This document shows positions 60,581 through 64,000 of a DNA stretch of 64,000 nucleotides, in pieces. The DNA comes from Diplonema japonicum. Taxonomy: Eukaryota; Protista; Euglenozoa: Diplonemea. Below the pieces are notes generated by a model that was not told the DNA's origin, did not search any database, and was given only the letters and a program-made list of their open reading frames with translations. The stretch covers positions 1 to 64,000 of the forward strand of contig OZ025687.1 in the NCBI GenBank assembly GCA_964019335.1, written 5' to 3'. Position 1 is the first letter of the stretch, and each line of letters starts with the position of its first letter. The position numbers and the translations under genes were made by a program.

Positions 60581-61222
60581 ACACAGACAAGCAAACCCTT
60601 CCAAAAGAAGAAGAAAAGAAGAAGAAGAAAAAAGAAAGGACAACAAAAAAAAAATATGTATTATGTTCAAACCTTTGTAAAGAGACAAAAAAAAAAGTAC
60701 TTCTTTTATTTTCCTTTTTTTCTTTCTCTTCATTTGTAATGTTTATATTAAAAAAAAAAGAGGGGGGGGGACAATGTTTTTTTTAATTGCTTATGTATTA
60801 AATGTATTCTATTTCCCATTGCCTTTTCTTTTTCTTCTTTCCCCTAATTTCTTTTTGATCCTTCTTCGTCATGGAGGACAGTGTGTCCGGGTGGTCAAAG
60901 CGAAAAAAAGAGATGAGATAAAGGAGGTTCCTGTTTTGGAACGTCCCCCTTGTCTCTACTTAAAAAAAGAAAAATACTAATAAATAAACCACGTTACAAG
61001 AGAAAAGAATTATTAAGACCAAATGGACACGTTTGTCTAAAAAGTTAAATGATATATTTCTTTTCCTCTTTTTTTTTCTTCTTCTTTTTTCTAGCAGTTC
61101 TCTTTGTGCAAAAAAAAAAAATAAAATAAAATAAAATAAAAAGAAGAAGAAAAAAACACTCAACACTTTCAGATGGGACGGGGCCATATAATCTTTTCTT
61201 CTTTTTCCCTACAATTTGCATT

Positions 61223-62311
61223 CTACGCAAACGCAAATGCGATGAGCGACGCACTGATGAGCACCATGCCACCGAAGAGGAAGGGGGGGACCAACTTGCC
61301 CGACTTGTCGTGCCCAATGGCAGTAGGAAGAAGCTCACCAAGGACAATCCAGACCATCATTCCGCCCACCATCCCAAAGATAACCCCGAAGACGGTGTCA
61401 GTGAAGACAGAGCGGAGTGCCAGCCACCCGAGGATTCCCCCAATAGGCTCGGAGAGACCAGACAAGAAGGCCCACCCAAAGCCCTTCCACTTGGACCCAG
61501 TGGCGTAGTACACAGGCATGGCAACACAAATCCCCTCGGGGATGTTGTGGATGGCAATCGCTACTGCCAGCGCAGCACCCAGCGAAGGCTCCTCCAAGGT
61601 GGCGATGAATGTCGCGAACCCCTCAGGGAAGTTGTGCAGCCCGAGCGCAACAGCTGTGAGGACACCCATCTGCTTCAGCTCAGCCTTCTCCTTCTCATCA
61701 TCAAATTTGGCTGGGCCCTGTGCTGATGCGCTCTCCTCGTCCACAGGCTCGTTAGGTGGCTGCTGGCTGGCCTGGCTGCGCTCCTCGTGGTGCTGGATCA
61801 CGTCATGGTCCTCCAGCTTGTCGGTGACAGGCGCGATGAGGTGCACAAGCTGGTGCAGCAACATCACGACGATGCAGCCACCGAAGAAGGCAAGTGTCGT
61901 GTACAGGTTCCCGTACTTGTCGCCAGGGTATCTGAACCCGATCTTCTCCCCTTCGCCATCGACATGTCCCAGCCCCAGAGAGATGCTGTCATTCGACTTC
62001 ACGAAGATCTCGACGAACGACACGTACAACATGACACCGCTGGCGAGGGCCAGCGACGAGGCCAGAATCTTTGCCTCGGCAATCTTCCTCAACTGGGGGA
62101 AGAAAGGCGTAGCACCGCCGATAGTGGTGGCGAGACCTGTGCATGTTAGTCTTTAAAAAATACCCATACCAGCTGCCAACGAGAGAATCACGGCGAGCGT
62201 GACGTTCTCATCCTTGTCATCAGTGCTGTCCTTCTTTTCCGTCGTTGCCTGGGCCGCTACTCTGCTCAACAGGCAGAGCCCATACAACAAACCGATCGTC
62301 TTCTTGTTCAT
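61223..62311 (-). CDS. ZIP-family (ZupT-like) zinc transporter with signal peptide (intron 62137-62169)
   Basis: ASGVMLYVSFVEI, HNFPEG, HNIPEG, SGLSEPIG; a 33-nt intron containing GACTAAC gives AAGLATTIGG on splicing. Confidence 0.92.
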
Positions 62312-62460
62312 TATAATATCCTGTAGGAAGTAAAGCCGGCATGGGGCGGCACAACTACACCTAAGCAATGTGTACAAAGTGTAAGTGCTGAGCACCTACG
62401 TCTAATTTTGGGACGTGAGTATCTGCTCCCAAGGACTAATGAGAGAGGCTGTGCGGTCGT

Positions 62461-64000
62461 TTAGCTTCGTAAGCTCCAGGAGCTTCTCTTCTGAGGTAGC
62501 ATACGACCCTGCTTGTGTTTGAGTTGCTCTGCGGTAATACCTTGGCTTTCATTCACAAATGAGACGCATGATTGCAGGCAAGTGACAAGCCTCTGCACCA
62601 CATCAAGCATCTCGGTGTTAGATGCGTCACGTGTCGCCGTGCCCTCAGGGCACGGAGTCGGGACCGGTGGCGTGCTGTAGGTGCTGTCGGTGTGAAACTG
62701 TTGCATCCGCTGCTCCATTTCAGCGATGCCAGATTCCTTGGCCAACTGCAACACAGTCGCCAGCAGGCCTGACGTTTTCGTGGCGCACACCGAGGTGTCG
62801 ATAGGGCTCAACGTAGGCGATGCTTGAGACGAGTCGAGGATTTGGTTCCGCACGCTGCAAAGTAAAGGGTACATAAAGGGTATACTCACGAGCGGCACAT
62901 ACCTCGTCTCCACGGCCTGCACTTTGTCAACAAAAGTGTTCACCTGTACTACTAGGCAGCAGCGTTCGGTGCGCCACTCCTGCGGGGTCGTGTCTTGACT
63001 AGCGTGACATACCTCAAATGTTTCACAAACAGGAAGAGAGGCCACGATGCTGGGTAAAGGTGCCTCCGTTCTAAAACACAAGACACGAAGCCCTTCATCA
63101 GGCTGCTGTCCAGCATGTGCTTCGAAGAGCCCTCTGCCGTCACGCGTGTCGACCTGCTTCACAGAAAGCACACGGAACACATTATCATCTTCAGGCTCCA
63201 GCGCTTCTTGCTTCACAGGAATATTCTCCGCATAAGCTCTCGAGGGGATGTATGTGCTGTGCATGATGTTGTGTGTGCCTTGGAATGCATACCTTTCCTC
63301 TTCCTCGTTGCACTCCGGGCACCGCAGTACATACATCTCCTCTAAGCCTTGCAATCGCGAGTTTACAAAAAAGTAGTTCTCAGGGGCCGGTGTCGTGAGC
63401 ATGGACGCCCTGCGCAGTGACGTCCTGGAAGGTGCCGGCTCCAGCTTCTGTATGGTGTCATGTGGCATAGCAAGCATACCATACTAACCTCCTCGATGTC
63501 TGCTTCAGCCGCCGCGACCATCTCCTTTAACACGGCTGCTGTTTCATAATTGCAAACACGTGTCAGGAGTTCCGTGGCCTGTGTTGATAAAAGGATCTTA
63601 AGAAGCACACCTGTCTGAGGTTATCGATCACATCCATCAGCGAGGGCTGATAAGATACATGCAGGTACTTAACGTAGTAATTCATGTGGTCGTCCGTTAC
63701 CATGGCGGGTACTACGGGGATCAGTTTGTACAGTGTTTCATGCGGCAAGATGCGGTGGACCTCTTTGGGGAGGGCAGGCTTGCCTGCTTCCCGAAGACAT
63801 TCAGACAGATGCAGAAGGAGAGCTGCAACAGCTATGTGTGTTCTAGATGCTTCTTGCGAGTCGAAATGGTACTTGTGTGCCAAGACAAGCTTCCGCATCC
63901 ACTCGATGCCTTCCTCAAGTGAGTAGGCGTCAAAGCAGATGCGAGAAACATGGAGTACAATTCTCCCATGCTCTTCTCTAATGTTCCTCGTTGCCTCTGA
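62461..64000 (-). CDS. Hypothetical multi-exon protein, 5' end outside the window
   Basis: Overlapping minus-strand ORFs 62461-63477, 63363-63608 and 63563-63898 with intron-like GT..AG joins. Confidence 0.55.

Noticed and set aside
1050-63926. Numerous long + strand ORFs (e.g. 1968-3284, 8022-9242, 48112-48996, 57639-58532)
   Set aside because: Antisense shadows of real minus-strand genes with no motifs; the only meaningful + strand translation is the CRE relic at 9005-9410.
10509-64000. Frameshifted pseudogenes or an alternative genetic code to explain split ORFs
   Set aside because: The breaks I traced are resolved by 30-40 nt GT-AG introns under the standard code.

Overview
Eukaryotic genomic DNA, most likely a euglenozoan protist (diplonemid-like; this is inference from gene organisation and protein repertoire). 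The window opens with ~52 copies of the 8-mer GGGTTTGC. Next comes an ~8 kb CRE/SLACS-type non-LTR retrotransposon on the minus strand. Its ORF2 (1194-7307) has Zn fingers, an OTU protease, reverse transcriptase, a restriction-like endonuclease and a long unexplained C-terminal extension. An abutting ORF1 (7352-~9139) carries an AlkB-type 2OG-Fe(II) dioxygenase with all catalytic residues present, plus putative TM helices. Upstream of the element lie two decayed CRE relics and a broken secreted-protein gene. From ~10.5 kb to the end, about 27 closely packed protein genes are all on the minus strand, many split by 30-40 nt GT-AG introns. They include a ceramide synthase, PLOD-like GT, atypical Ras, PX/FYVE sorting nexin, PUF, SF3B5, DTW, dynein-D6/ankyrin, TerD-TerD-C2, an apparently inactive phytochelatin synthase, Sec14/Trf4-like, USP7-like with an F-type lectin insert, a DUF3431-like protein, a tandemly duplicated qRRM-PDZ-BMT5-like module (one copy fused to an SF1 RNA helicase), coiled-coil and LRR proteins, and a ZIP transporter. 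The best candidates for novelty are the AlkB+OTU retroelement and the helicase-qRRM-PDZ-methyltransferase pair. All domain calls come from reading motifs by eye; no database searches were run.
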